64,000 nucleotides of DNA from Bacteroidota bacterium (GTDB taxonomy: Bacteria; Bacteroidota; Rhodothermia; JANXDC01): NCBI GenBank assembly GCA_025059945.1, contig JANXDC010000001.1:1677-65676 (forward strand), given 5' to 3'. This document shows positions 47,421-57,102 of the stretch, piece by piece. Made by a program: the position numbers and the translations under genes. Below the pieces are notes generated by a model, which was not told the origin of the DNA, did not search any database, and saw only the letters and a list, made by a program, of their open reading frames with translations. How positions within the stretch are numbered: position 1 is the stretch's first letter; the number at the start of each line of letters is the position of its first letter.

Positions 47421-48406
47421 TGCGAGCCGTTTGGATAGAACGCTTCGCGGGCCCGGAGGGTCTGTTGTTGCGTGAGGGCCTAGCTCCTCCGGAGCCAGGC
47501 CCTGAGCAGATCTTGGTGCGCGTACACGCCTCAGCCCTCAACCGAGCCGATCTGCTCCAGACCTGGGGTCGGTATCCGCCCCCTGAGGGGACCCCGGAGC
47601 GCATCCCGGGCCTGGAATGCGCAGGCGAGGTTGTGGCAACGGGCCCCGGGGTGCGACGCTGGCGAGCCGGGGATCGCGTTATGGCTCTGCTTGCCGGCGG
47701 AGGGCAGGCCGAGTACGCCGTTGCGCATGAGGCGCTCGCCTGGCCCGTTCCCGAGGGCATGTCTTGGGCGGAGGCGGCGGCCATACCGGAGGCCTTCATC
47801 ACGGCTTGGGACGCGCTGGTTCGACAAGCTCGGCTGCGTCTGGGCCAGAGTGTGCTGATTCATGCTGTGGGAAGCGGTGTGGGTCTGGCCGCGCTGCAAA
47901 TCGCGCGCTTGGCGGGGGCTCGTTCGGTCTACGGTACGGCCTCGGCGCCCAAGCTTGAACGCGCCCGCTCTTGGGGGCTCACCGAGGGATGGGATTATCG
48001 GAGCGTGGATTTTGTGCAGGCTCTGCGCGAGCGCGAGCCCGAGGGCGTCTCCGTGGTGCTCGATTGCATTGGGGGGCCGTACTGGATGCGCAACCTGGAG
48101 GTACTCCAGCCGAAAGGCCATCTGGTCTTGCTGGGCACGCTCGGCGGGGCCCACCTGCCCCAGGAGGCCACATTGGGCCCGCTTATAACGAAACGCCTGC
48201 GCCTGATCGGCACGGTGCTGCGCACACGTCCCCTCTGGGAGAAGATCGCGGTGGCTGAGGCCTTCCGTCAGGAGCTTTGGCCCCTGCTGGCCGACGGACG
48301 GTTGCGGCCCACTGTGGATCGCGCTTTTGCCGCCCTCGAGGTCCAGGCGGCCTATCGGTACATGGCGGCCAATGCCAATTTCGGCAAAATCGTGCTGCTC
48401 TGGTAG
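47420..48406 (+). CDS. NAD(P)H:quinone oxidoreductase (zeta-crystallin / MDR family)
   Basis: ILVRVHASALNRADL...GLECAGEV...HAVGSGVG matches the medium-chain dehydrogenase/reductase fold without zinc ligands. Confidence 0.8.
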   Translation: MRAVWIERFAGPEGLLLREGLAPPEPGPEQILVRVHASALNRADLLQTWGRYPPPEGTPERIPGLECAGEVVATGPGVRRWRAGDRVMALLAGGGQAEYAVAHEALAWPVPEGMSWAEAAAIPEAFITAWDALVRQARLRLGQSVLIHAVGSGVGLAALQIARLAGARSVYGTASAPKLERARSWGLTEGWDYRSVDFVQALREREPEGVSVVLDCIGGPYWMRNLEVLQPKGHLVLLGTLGGAHLPQEATLGPLITKRLRLIGTVLRTRPLWEKIAVAEAFRQELWPLLADGRLRPTVDRAFAALEVQAAYRYMAANANFGKIVLLW

Positions 48407-48513
48407 GAGCGCTCTTGTGAGCAGGCTTGTCGGCTTTTTATCTTTGCCAAGGAAAGCGAAGAAATCGCGGGGAGGGAAGAGGATCTAACGCTCAAAAAAG
48501 GGAGGAGCTCACG

Positions 48514-49062
48514 ATGCGACCCGTTTCCGGGCTGCTTCTAGTCGGCGTTCTGATGCTGGTTGGGCCCTTAGGCTGCGATTTGCTCGGCAATCTTTCGCGC
48601 GTGGGCACCACGTATACTATTGAATTCGAAGTGCCCCCGGTGCAGCCCAATAGCAACTTTTCGGCTACGCAGCAGGCCAACTTTAAGGCCAAGCTCGACA
48701 GCATCATGCGGGCGAACAACATCTCGGATTCTGACCTCAATAACGCCCGTGTGGACTCAATCCGGTTCACGATCCTGAGCCCTTCGAACGGCACCTTTGA
48801 CTTCGTGCAATCCATCTCGATCTGGCTCTCCTCTCCAAGCCTAGGGGAGCAGCAGGTGCTGGGCGCTGGACCGGGATCGATCTCGCCGGGCCGCAATTCC
48901 GTGGTCTTGCCCGCACTGCCCACGGCAGACATCCTGGCCTACATCCGCGGAGGCCCCTTTACGGCGCGCGCCGAAGGTCGTTCCACTAGCACGGGCACTA
49001 GCACGACGTATCGAATCCAGGCCGTGCTGTATACGAACATCTCCTTCGATGTCTTCCCGTAG
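48514..49062 (+). CDS. Hypothetical lipoprotein
   Basis: ATG preceded by AAAAAGGGAGGAG. Signal peptide plus lipobox LGC. No recognisable family. Confidence 0.5.
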   Translation: MRPVSGLLLVGVLMLVGPLGCDLLGNLSRVGTTYTIEFEVPPVQPNSNFSATQQANFKAKLDSIMRANNISDSDLNNARVDSIRFTILSPSNGTFDFVQSISIWLSSPSLGEQQVLGAGPGSISPGRNSVVLPALPTADILAYIRGGPFTARAEGRSTSTGTSTTYRIQAVLYTNISFDVFP

Positions 49063-49071
49063 ATCGCGCGC

Positions 49072-50109
49072 CTAGGAGACCGACCAGCCCAGATCGGCGA
49101 AACGGCGACGCCGAAAGACGTAGTAGGCTAGCGCGATAGAGCCGGGATACACAGTCGGGGGGTCACCCCAGCGGACGCGCTCGGCTAGCAGCCGCTTTCG
49201 TTGCGCTTTTAGTTCCCGTCGCCGGGCCCAGGCCTCTAGGTAGGCTCGCCCTACGGCGGCGGCCCAATCCGGACGTCCGCGTACCAGATACAGAAGAGCT
49301 GCCGCCAGATCCAGCCCTATGCGCACCAAAAGCCGCCTCCACAGGTGACGGGGGGGCAAGTTGCGGTAGAGCATATATAGGCCGTTGCGGTGGTTGTAGT
49401 AGAGCTTGCGCGCATCCCCATAGGCCAGGGATCCCCCTCCGACGTGGTAGACCACGCTTTGGGGAATGGCCCGGACGCGATAGCCCAGGTTCTGCAGGCG
49501 CCAGCAGAAATCGATCTCCTCTTGATGCAGGACGAAGCTCGGCTCAAAGCCGCCGAGGCGCTCGGCCAGCGCGCGGCGCACCACCAAGGCCGCCCCGGAG
49601 GCCCAGAAGATGTCCGCCGGCTGATTGTATTGGCCCCGGTCTTCCTCTAGCGTGTCGAACATGCGGCCCCGCGCGAACGGATATCCATAGCGGTCCAAAT
49701 ACCCCCCGGCCGCTCCGGCGTATTCAAACCGGCCTCGGGCGTGATAATCCAAGACTTTAGGTTGTACGGCCCCGAGCGTCGGATCCTGCTCCAACGACGA
49801 AATAAGAGGCTGTAGCCAGTAGGGGGTGACCTCCACGTCGTTGTTCAGAAAGGCCACGTAAAGGCCCGTGGCGTGCCGAAGCCCCTCGTTGGCCCCCTCG
49901 CAGAAGCCCCGGTTTTCGCCTAGCCGCATGACCCGTACGCTCGGATAGTGCAGGCTGACCCATTCCGCCGAGCCATCCGTGGAGCCGTTGTCGACCAGCA
50001 GAACCTCTTGATCCGGATACGCCGCGCCCAGAACGCTGGGAAGGCAGCGTTCCAGCCAGTGCCGTGCGTTCCAGCTGGGGATGACGACGCTTACGCGGGG
50101 CCAGCTCAT
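49072..50109 (-). CDS. Family 2 glycosyltransferase
   Basis: VVIPSWNA...LLVDNGSTDGS...FLNNDVEV are GT2 motifs. Confidence 0.8.
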   Translation of the reverse strand: MSWPRVSVVIPSWNARHWLERCLPSVLGAAYPDQEVLLVDNGSTDGSAEWVSLHYPSVRVMRLGENRGFCEGANEGLRHATGLYVAFLNNDVEVTPYWLQPLISSLEQDPTLGAVQPKVLDYHARGRFEYAGAAGGYLDRYGYPFARGRMFDTLEEDRGQYNQPADIFWASGAALVVRRALAERLGGFEPSFVLHQEEIDFCWRLQNLGYRVRAIPQSVVYHVGGGSLAYGDARKLYYNHRNGLYMLYRNLPPRHLWRRLLVRIGLDLAAALLYLVRGRPDWAAAVGRAYLEAWARRRELKAQRKRLLAERVRWGDPPTVYPGSIALAYYVFRRRRFADLGWSVS

Positions 50110-50149
50110 TCAGGCCGTCCGAGCATAAGGTGATAGACAAGGTGGGCGC

Positions 50150-51508
50150 TCATGTCGAGACGGCTTCGGCCCAACGTCGGACCTCTTGCGCCAGCGCCTC
50201 GGCCTCCGAGCGCGTGCGGGCCTCCACATGCAGGCGCGCGATGGGCTCGGTGTTCGAGGCGCGCAGGTGGATCCAGCAATCCGGCAGGATCACCTTTAGC
50301 CCGTCGCGCGTATCGAACTCCGCCCGTCCCGCATAGGCTTGTTGAATCGCCTCAAAGAGCCGCTCCAGGGCTGGCCGAGGGAGTCCTTCGAGGCGGTCTT
50401 TTATCATTTCGTATCGGGGAAGATGCGCGCGAAGGCCCGATAGGCTAAGTCCGGTCTCCGCCAGCAGCCCCAAGATCAGCGCCAGACCTGTTAGGGCATC
50501 CCGCCCCTCGTGGATCTCAGGCAGGATCACCCCTCCGTTGCCCTCCCCGCCCAAAACGGCCCCTACGAGCCGAATGCCCTCTATGACGTGCCGCTCGCCT
50601 ACGGGGGTGCGGTAGACCAGCTGACCATGCTGGGCCGCTACGTCTTCAAGGGCGCGCGTTGTGGAGAGATTGGCCACAAGCGGGCCGGGCCGATGCCGGA
50701 GCACAAAAGCGGCTGCGGCTACCAGTGTGTACTCTTCTCCGAAGTAGACGCCGTCCTCCTGTACAAGGGCAAGTCGATCGGCATCGGGGTCCACCGCCAC
50801 CCCCAGGTCCGCCCGCATCCTCAAGACCGCGTCCATGAGCTCGCCAAGGTGTTCGGGCAAAGGCTCTGGGGGATGGGGGAAGGGCTCCTGAGGGTTGCAG
50901 TGCAGCGGGATCACCTCGCAGCCCAGCCGATCCAGCAGGCGGGGTAGGGCGAGGCTTCCGGCTCCGTTGACGGCGTCGAGCACGATCCGAAAGTGCCGGG
51001 CTCGGATCGCCCCCAGGGGCAGATACGGCAGGGCAAGAATGCGTTCGATGTGCTGCTCTAGGTGGCTTTTGTCCTTTCTGTAGCCGCCGAGCTCGCGATA
51101 GGGGACGTAGCGAAGCCTTCCAGATCGGGCCAGCTCAAGTACGCTGCGGCCGTCCTGGGCGCTCAAGGCGGCTCCGTCGGGCCCGAGCATTTTGAGCGCG
51201 TTCCACTCTGGGGGGTTATGGCTGGCCGTGATCACAAGGCCGCCTCGGGCGCTCTCGGCGCGCACGGCCACGCCCACGGTGGGCGTGGGGGCTACGCCGA
51301 TGTCCACCACCTCGCAACCGACGCATTGCAGGGTGGAGGCTACAATGCGGGCTGCCGGAACGCTTGTGGGCCGCGTGTCGCGCCCGAGCACAACTTTGCC
51401 GCGCTCGCACCAAGCCCCGAAGGCGGCCGCATATCGGACCAGATCCTCTGGAGTAAGCTCCAGCCCGAAAACCCCGCGGATGCCCGAAACGGAGATCATG
51501 AGCGCCAT
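50150..51508 (-). CDS. Phosphohexomutase (phosphoglucomutase/phosphomannomutase family)
   Basis: SGIRG...ITASHNPPEWNALK (active-site Ser loop TASHNP)...metal-binding DPDADR. Confidence 0.8.
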   Translation of the reverse strand: MALMISVSGIRGVFGLELTPEDLVRYAAAFGAWCERGKVVLGRDTRPTSVPAARIVASTLQCVGCEVVDIGVAPTPTVGVAVRAESARGGLVITASHNPPEWNALKMLGPDGAALSAQDGRSVLELARSGRLRYVPYRELGGYRKDKSHLEQHIERILALPYLPLGAIRARHFRIVLDAVNGAGSLALPRLLDRLGCEVIPLHCNPQEPFPHPPEPLPEHLGELMDAVLRMRADLGVAVDPDADRLALVQEDGVYFGEEYTLVAAAAFVLRHRPGPLVANLSTTRALEDVAAQHGQLVYRTPVGERHVIEGIRLVGAVLGGEGNGGVILPEIHEGRDALTGLALILGLLAETGLSLSGLRAHLPRYEMIKDRLEGLPRPALERLFEAIQQAYAGRAEFDTRDGLKVILPDCWIHLRASNTEPIARLHVEARTRSEAEALAQEVRRWAEAVST

Positions 51509-51523
51509 GGTCGGAATGCCGCC

Positions 51524-52003
51524 TTAACGTCGCCAAGTATCGCGCGCATCGCGCAGCAGCTGCTCGAAGATCTCAAAGCGCAATTCGCCGTAGTTGAAGG
51601 CGTACCGGAGCTCGCCGGAGCGGAAAATCCACGTTGTGGGCACCCAAGTGACGGGCAGGCCCATGAAGCGCTGCTGGCGTTGGGAGCGCTCCGAGGGGCC
51701 AGGTATGTGCAGGAGCCGAAAGTTAGGTTGTTCGCCTACGGCGTAGCGCGTCAGCAAGGCGCGGCCGTCGTCTGCGTCGCTCCAGATCGTCACAAAAAAG
51801 AACCGGACCTGCGGGTGCGCCTCGATGATCCGGTACCAGCCCTGACGCAGCTCGGCCTGGCTATTGGGGCACCAGGGGGCCCAAAAGTGCACAACCGTGA
51901 TCGCCGTATCCTGTACGGCCCGATACAGGATGCGCTCCACAGGATGCCATACCGCCGTATCAGGGCTCGCCCAGAGGAGCGAAGCTACAAGGGCCGCAAG
52001 CAT
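51524..52003 (-). CDS. Thioredoxin-like protein with CxxS motif
   Basis: VVHFWAPWCPNSQ is a monothiol WCPNS site. Start set at MLAALVAS (ATG 52003). The track N-extension overlapping the ALDH gene is rejected. Confidence 0.6.
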   Translation of the reverse strand: MLAALVASLLWASPDTAVWHPVERILYRAVQDTAITVVHFWAPWCPNSQAELRQGWYRIIEAHPQVRFFFVTIWSDADDGRALLTRYAVGEQPNFRLLHIPGPSERSQRQQRFMGLPVTWVPTTWIFRSGELRYAFNYGELRFEIFEQLLRDARDTWRR

Positions 52004-52007
52004 CGGG

Positions 52008-53552
52008 CTAACTTTCCAAGCCAAGTCTTTCCGTGTCGATCTGGGCGCGCTGCAGGCGGCCTGAGTAGTCGATGTAAACCGTTTTGGTCTCCGTGTAGAA
52101 ATCGAAGACCTCCCACCCCCCCTCTCGATGTCCGTTGCCGGTCTGCTTGACCCCGCCAAAGGGCAGGTGGGCCTCGGCTCCGATTGTGGGGGCGTTCACG
52201 TACGTGATGCCCGCCTCGATCTCCCGGATCGCGTAGAAGGCGTCCTGTAGGTTGCGCGTGTAGATCGAAGAGGAAAGCCCGTATCGGGTGCCGTTCAGGA
52301 CCTGAATGGCCTCCTGAAGCGAACGGACCCGAATGACGCTAAGAACGGGGCCGAAGATCTCCTCTTGCGCGATGCGCATCTCGGGCCGCACCTCTGCAAA
52401 GATCGTCGGCTGATAGAACCACCCCTTCTGCAAGGGGCCCTCTGCGGCCGGAGCGCCTCCGCAGAGAAGCCGCGCCCCCTCTTCGATACCGATCTTCACG
52501 TAACGGTCCACGGTCTCGCGCTGGGCCCGGCTGACCAGGGGCCCCACGTCCGTGTCGGGGTCCAGGCCGTTGCCCAGCCGAAGCCGCAGGGTGCGCTCAA
52601 GAAGCCTCTCCAGAAACAGATCGTATACGGCCTCGTGCAGAATAAGCCGGCTTGTGGCCGTGCATCGCTGTCCGGTGGTGCCGAAGGCGCCCCAGAGCAC
52701 GCCGTCGAGGGCCAAATCCAAGTCGGCGTCCGGCATGACGATGACGGCGTTTTTGCCCCCCAGCTCCAAAGAGACGCGTTTTAACCCATCAGCGGCCATG
52801 CGGCAGATCTGCACCCCTACCTCTGTGGAGCCCGTAAAGCTGATAAGCGCCACATCGGGGTGACGCACAATGGCCGCGCCCACTCCAGAGCCTGTGCCAT
52901 GCACGAGATTAAGCACGCCGGGCGGAAGGCCGGCTTCTTCCAAGATCTCCACAAGCGTGGTGGCCGTCTTGGGGGTAAGCTGAGCGGGCTTGAAGACCAC
53001 CGTGTTGCCGCAGACGAGCGCCGGAAAGATCTTCCAGGTCGGGATGGCCAGAGGGAAGTTCCATGGGGTGATGATGCCGGCCACGCCCACGGGCATCCGG
53101 ATGGTCATGTTGAACTTGCTGGGTAGCTCGCTCGGAACCGTATGCCCGAAAAGCCGCCTTCCCTCGGAAGCCGCATAGTAGGCCGTGTCGATGCCCTCCT
53201 GAACATCTCCGCGCGTCTCCAACAGGATCTTGCCCATTTCGCGCGTCATCTCCCGGGCGATCTCCTCCTTGCGGGCCTGTAGGATATCGCCGGCCCGCCG
53301 GATGATCTCCCCCCGCTTCGGAGCCGGTACCTTACGCCATCGCTCGAAGGCCGCCCGGGCGGCCTCTACGGCTTCTTGCACGTCCTCCTCGGTGGAAAGC
53401 GGAAAGAGACCAATTAGATCGTCCCAGTCGGCCGGGTTGCGATTCTCAAACCACTGGCCGCTGCGGCTGGGCTTCCAACGTCCGTTGATGTAATTGTAGT
53501 GCTCTCGGGGCGGATCTAAAACCTGCGCGCTCTGCGTCTGGGGTCGTTCCAT
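52008..53552 (-). CDS. NAD(P)-dependent aldehyde dehydrogenase
   Basis: Contains the FTGSTEVG and ELGGKNA motifs and catalytic Cys (GQRCTA). Start at MERPQ (ATG 53552). Confidence 0.85.
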   Translation of the reverse strand: MERPQTQSAQVLDPPREHYNYINGRWKPSRSGQWFENRNPADWDDLIGLFPLSTEEDVQEAVEAARAAFERWRKVPAPKRGEIIRRAGDILQARKEEIAREMTREMGKILLETRGDVQEGIDTAYYAASEGRRLFGHTVPSELPSKFNMTIRMPVGVAGIITPWNFPLAIPTWKIFPALVCGNTVVFKPAQLTPKTATTLVEILEEAGLPPGVLNLVHGTGSGVGAAIVRHPDVALISFTGSTEVGVQICRMAADGLKRVSLELGGKNAVIVMPDADLDLALDGVLWGAFGTTGQRCTATSRLILHEAVYDLFLERLLERTLRLRLGNGLDPDTDVGPLVSRAQRETVDRYVKIGIEEGARLLCGGAPAAEGPLQKGWFYQPTIFAEVRPEMRIAQEEIFGPVLSVIRVRSLQEAIQVLNGTRYGLSSSIYTRNLQDAFYAIREIEAGITYVNAPTIGAEAHLPFGGVKQTGNGHREGGWEVFDFYTETKTVYIDYSGRLQRAQIDTERLGLES

Positions 53553-53813
53553 GCGAGGTTCCTCTCTAGAGCTCGTTATGCCAAAAAATAGCGGCCCACC
53601 GGAGAGCGGCGCAAACGGTTGTCTGAAACCCCTCCGCTTGTGAATATTCCGCTCTATAAACCAAAAGGGGCGCCGGCGGTTCAGGCCTGACGCCCCTGAG
53701 GAGGTACAACACATGCGCTTGGATGTGCTATCCCTTATACAGCAAATGCTGTGCCCGATGTTCCCAGATCGTGCATTGCTTGCTTTTTGCGTTTCTAGCG
53801 CAGAGAGTTAGCC

Positions 53814-55046
53814 GTGGAGAGCCTGCCGTATTGGTTTCGCGGCCAGAACCCGATCCGCGGGGAGGGGGAAATTCCTGCCGCGGCCGACCTGGTCATCATT
53901 GGAGCCGGTATCACGGGAGCTTCCGTGGCCTGGTGGGCGAGCCGAGCCCGGTTGGGTTCGGTTTGGATCTTGGAGGAACGTCCCGCTCCCGCGACGGGCG
54001 CTTCTGGCCGCAACGCGGGCTTTAACCTAGCCGGCACCGTAACGCCGTATCCAGAGCTCATCAGGCGCTTCGGACGGGAGGCCGCGCGCGCGATCTGGGC
54101 TTACACGCTAGAGAACAACCGAGCGGTGCGCGCAACGCTTGAGGAGCTGGGCTATGATGTGGAACTGGTGCGCTCCGGAAGCCTCCTTTTGGCCGCCTCC
54201 GAGGCTGAGCGAGCTGATCAGCTGTTGGCAGCTGCTCTGTTAAGAGAAGATGGTTTTCCCGTCGAAAGCCTGGAGCACGATGATGTGGCGCGCCTGTGGG
54301 GCTTTCCCGTGCCTGATCGGTTTTGGGGGGCGCTTTTTAACCCCGAGGACGCCCGCTGGAATCCGGCCAAGGCCAGCCAGGGGCTGCTTCGGTCGGCCCA
54401 GCTCGAGGGGGCCCGTTTAGCTTTGGAGAGTCCGGTCTGGCATCTGGAGGAGGGCTCAGGCTCGGTTCGCCTCTATACCCCCAAGGGGCGGATCGAGGCG
54501 GGCGCCGTTGTGCTGGCCACAAACGCCTGGGTGGGCCGGCTAATCCGGGAGCTTGTGGGCCGTGTGGTGCCGGTGCGGGCGCAGGTGCTCGCTACGGCCC
54601 CGATTCCCAGGCTTTTTCCCCATGCCACCTCTACGAACTATGGCTACGAGTATTGGCAGCAAGATCAAGAAGGGCGCCTGATCCTGGGCGGCTATCGGTG
54701 GTCGGTCCCGGATCGCGAGATAGGCTGCGCTGTCGAGGGGCTAAGGCCAGAGGTTCAGGCCGGATTAGAAAGGTTTTTGCGCCAGACCTTTCCGCAGCTG
54801 GCGGATGTGCCCATCGAATACCGGTGGAGCGGTATAATGGGCTTTAGCTACGATGAGCTGCCTCTGTTGGGTCCCGTACCGGGATGGTCGCGGCTTTGGA
54901 TGGCGGGAGGATACACGGGGCACGGGACGGCCTTCGCGTTCTGGTTTGGTCGGGATCTCGTGCGCGCTCTCCAGGAGGGCTGGTATCCAGAGGGGGCGCT
55001 CCGCTACTTCGATACGGCTCGCCTGGAGCGCCTGGCCTCGGTGTAA
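53814..55046 (+). CDS. FAD-dependent oxidoreductase (DAO family, D-amino-acid/glycine oxidase-like)
   Basis: GTG start. DLVIIGAGITGASVAW dinucleotide-binding motif. DAO-family length and C-terminal HGTAFA region. Confidence 0.75.
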   Translation: MESLPYWFRGQNPIRGEGEIPAAADLVIIGAGITGASVAWWASRARLGSVWILEERPAPATGASGRNAGFNLAGTVTPYPELIRRFGREAARAIWAYTLENNRAVRATLEELGYDVELVRSGSLLLAASEAERADQLLAAALLREDGFPVESLEHDDVARLWGFPVPDRFWGALFNPEDARWNPAKASQGLLRSAQLEGARLALESPVWHLEEGSGSVRLYTPKGRIEAGAVVLATNAWVGRLIRELVGRVVPVRAQVLATAPIPRLFPHATSTNYGYEYWQQDQEGRLILGGYRWSVPDREIGCAVEGLRPEVQAGLERFLRQTFPQLADVPIEYRWSGIMGFSYDELPLLGPVPGWSRLWMAGGYTGHGTAFAFWFGRDLVRALQEGWYPEGALRYFDTARLERLASV

Positions 55047-55132
55047 CGATCTGGTTTGGACTCCCGGACGCGATTGCCCCTTTGAGGGTGAGCCCGTAGC
55101 TTTCGGGCGCGTCTATAGCCGAGGAGGTCGGT

Positions 55133-56209
55133 ATGAGCGTTTCTCGTCGGGATTTTCTGCGCACCGCGGCCGCCGCAGGAGTCGGCGCGGCCGCCGCGCC
55201 GTATGCAAGCGCCTTTGAATCCGTCTGGGGAGCGTCTTCCGAGGCCCCACAACGGGCTCCTCGGCCCGTTGTGATCGCCAGCGGCAACGGGCTTCGCGCT
55301 GTCGAGAAGGCTATGCAGATGATCCTAGAAGGTGCTGACGCATTGGACGCCGTCATAGCCGGGGTGAACCTGGTCGAAGACGATCCCGAGGACATGACGG
55401 TCGGGTTAGGGGGGTTGCCCAACGAGCGCGGCGAGGTCGAGCTGGACGCCTCCGTTATGCACGGACCCACGCATCGAGCCGGGGCCGTGGCCGCGCTCAA
55501 ATACATCCGCAACCCCTCCAAAGTGGCCCGTCTTGTGATGGAGCGCACCGATCACGTGCTGCTCGTCGGCGAGGGGGCGTTGCAGTTCGCCCTTATGCAC
55601 GGTTTCAAAAAGGAGGAGCTGCTTACCGAGAAGGCCCGCCTGGCCTGGGTGCAGTGGAAGGAGACGCTGAGCAACCGGGACGACTACCTGCCGCCGCACG
55701 GCCCACAGGATCGAGACATCGGCGAAGAGCTTCGGGAGGTGATCCGCTACTACGGTACGATCTCCTGTCTGGGTCTTGATTTGCGGGGCAACCTGTCGGG
55801 TGTGACGACCACAAGCGGGCTCGCCTTCAAAATCCCGGGCCGCGTAGGAGATTCTCCGATTATCGGAGCGGGTCTATACGTCGACAACGAAGTCGGAGCG
55901 GCGGGCTCAACCGGCCGCGGCGAGGCTAATTTGGTGAACTGCTCTTGTGTGTTCATCGTAGAACAGATGCGCGCCGGCAGGTCTCCTGAAGAGGCCTGCC
56001 TGGAGGCCTGTAAGCGCATCGTGCAACACAACAAGATGCGGCGCCTGCAGGACGAACAGGGACGGCCGAACTTCAACGTGCGCTTCTACGCCATCAACAA
56101 GGCCGGCCAGTTCGGATCGGCCGAGATCTGGCGTAGCGGCAAGTTCGCCCTGCACGACGGCACCCAGGCTCGGCTCTTGGATTGCGCCTACCTGTACGAG
56201 CGCCGTTGA
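55133..56209 (+). CDS. N4-(beta-N-acetylglucosaminyl)-L-asparaginase / isoaspartyl peptidase (Ntn-hydrolase, asparaginase-2 family) with Tat signal
   Basis: GGAGG RBS. Tat motif SRRDFLRTAAAAGVGAAAA. Autocleavage-site region ...DTIGMV-like (YGTISCLGLD) and GAAGSTGRGE. Confidence 0.75.
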   Translation: MSVSRRDFLRTAAAAGVGAAAAPYASAFESVWGASSEAPQRAPRPVVIASGNGLRAVEKAMQMILEGADALDAVIAGVNLVEDDPEDMTVGLGGLPNERGEVELDASVMHGPTHRAGAVAALKYIRNPSKVARLVMERTDHVLLVGEGALQFALMHGFKKEELLTEKARLAWVQWKETLSNRDDYLPPHGPQDRDIGEELREVIRYYGTISCLGLDLRGNLSGVTTTSGLAFKIPGRVGDSPIIGAGLYVDNEVGAAGSTGRGEANLVNCSCVFIVEQMRAGRSPEEACLEACKRIVQHNKMRRLQDEQGRPNFNVRFYAINKAGQFGSAEIWRSGKFALHDGTQARLLDCAYLYERR

Positions 56210-56217
56210 GCTCCGCC

Positions 56218-57102
56218 ATGATACGGGCCCTGTTAGCCTGGCAGACCCGCGCGGTCTTGTATCGGCACTGGCGCGTTTGGCGCCGCACATGGCATCTGGG
56301 TTTTTTGCCGCCCGTTTTGGAGCCCTTGCTGTATTTCGGTGTCTTCGGCCTCGGTGTAGGCGCTCTTGTGGGCGCCTTCGCAACCCCGCATGGGACGTTG
56401 GCGTACGCCGACTATCTGGCCGCGGGGGTTGTGGCCGTAAGCCTGCTGTATCAGTCCTTTTTCGAGGGACTCTATGGCTCTTATGTGCGCATGTTCTATC
56501 AGCGCACTTTCGATGCGCAGCTGGCCACGCCCGTGCAGATGGAGCACGTCGTGTGGGGGGAGATCCTCTGGGCGGCCCTTAAGGGCCTTTTGAGTGCCTT
56601 CTGCGTGCTCCTGGTGCTGATCGCGCTGGCGCTTGCCGGACAGCTGAGTATTCATCTTTGGGCCCTGGCCCCCATCGCCTTTGCGGGGTTCCTGGCGGGT
56701 GTAGCCTTCGGCGCCGGGGCGCTTTTGTTTACGGCCAAGGTGCCCCACATCGACTTCATGAACTATCCCGTCTTCCTCATCGCCGTACCGCTGGCCTTGT
56801 TGAGCGATACCTACTTTCCGTTTTCCACCCTACATCCCGTAGCGCATGCCCTTAGCCAGCTCAATCCGGTTTATCATCTGACGCAGATCGTGCGCGATAC
56901 GCTCACCTGGGGCCGATGGACGACCCCGGACACGCTGGGACTGGGGGTGTTGGGCGCCTACGCCGTGGGGCTTTCCGCCGTGGCGCTGCGCTGGATGCAT
57001 GAGCGCGTTCTCGGTGAGCCGTATCGGCCGCGCCGCACTCCGGCCCACATGCGGGCGCCGGCTGAGGTCCAATCTCCGAGATGCTGGGCCGAGAGCGCTT
57101 AA
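56218..57102 (+). CDS. ABC-2 type transporter permease (no adjacent ATPase)
   Basis: Six predicted TM helices in an ABC-2 arrangement. Start at ATG 56218. Confidence 0.65.
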   Translation: MIRALLAWQTRAVLYRHWRVWRRTWHLGFLPPVLEPLLYFGVFGLGVGALVGAFATPHGTLAYADYLAAGVVAVSLLYQSFFEGLYGSYVRMFYQRTFDAQLATPVQMEHVVWGEILWAALKGLLSAFCVLLVLIALALAGQLSIHLWALAPIAFAGFLAGVAFGAGALLFTAKVPHIDFMNYPVFLIAVPLALLSDTYFPFSTLHPVAHALSQLNPVYHLTQIVRDTLTWGRWTTPDTLGLGVLGAYAVGLSAVALRWMHERVLGEPYRPRRTPAHMRAPAEVQSPRCWAESA

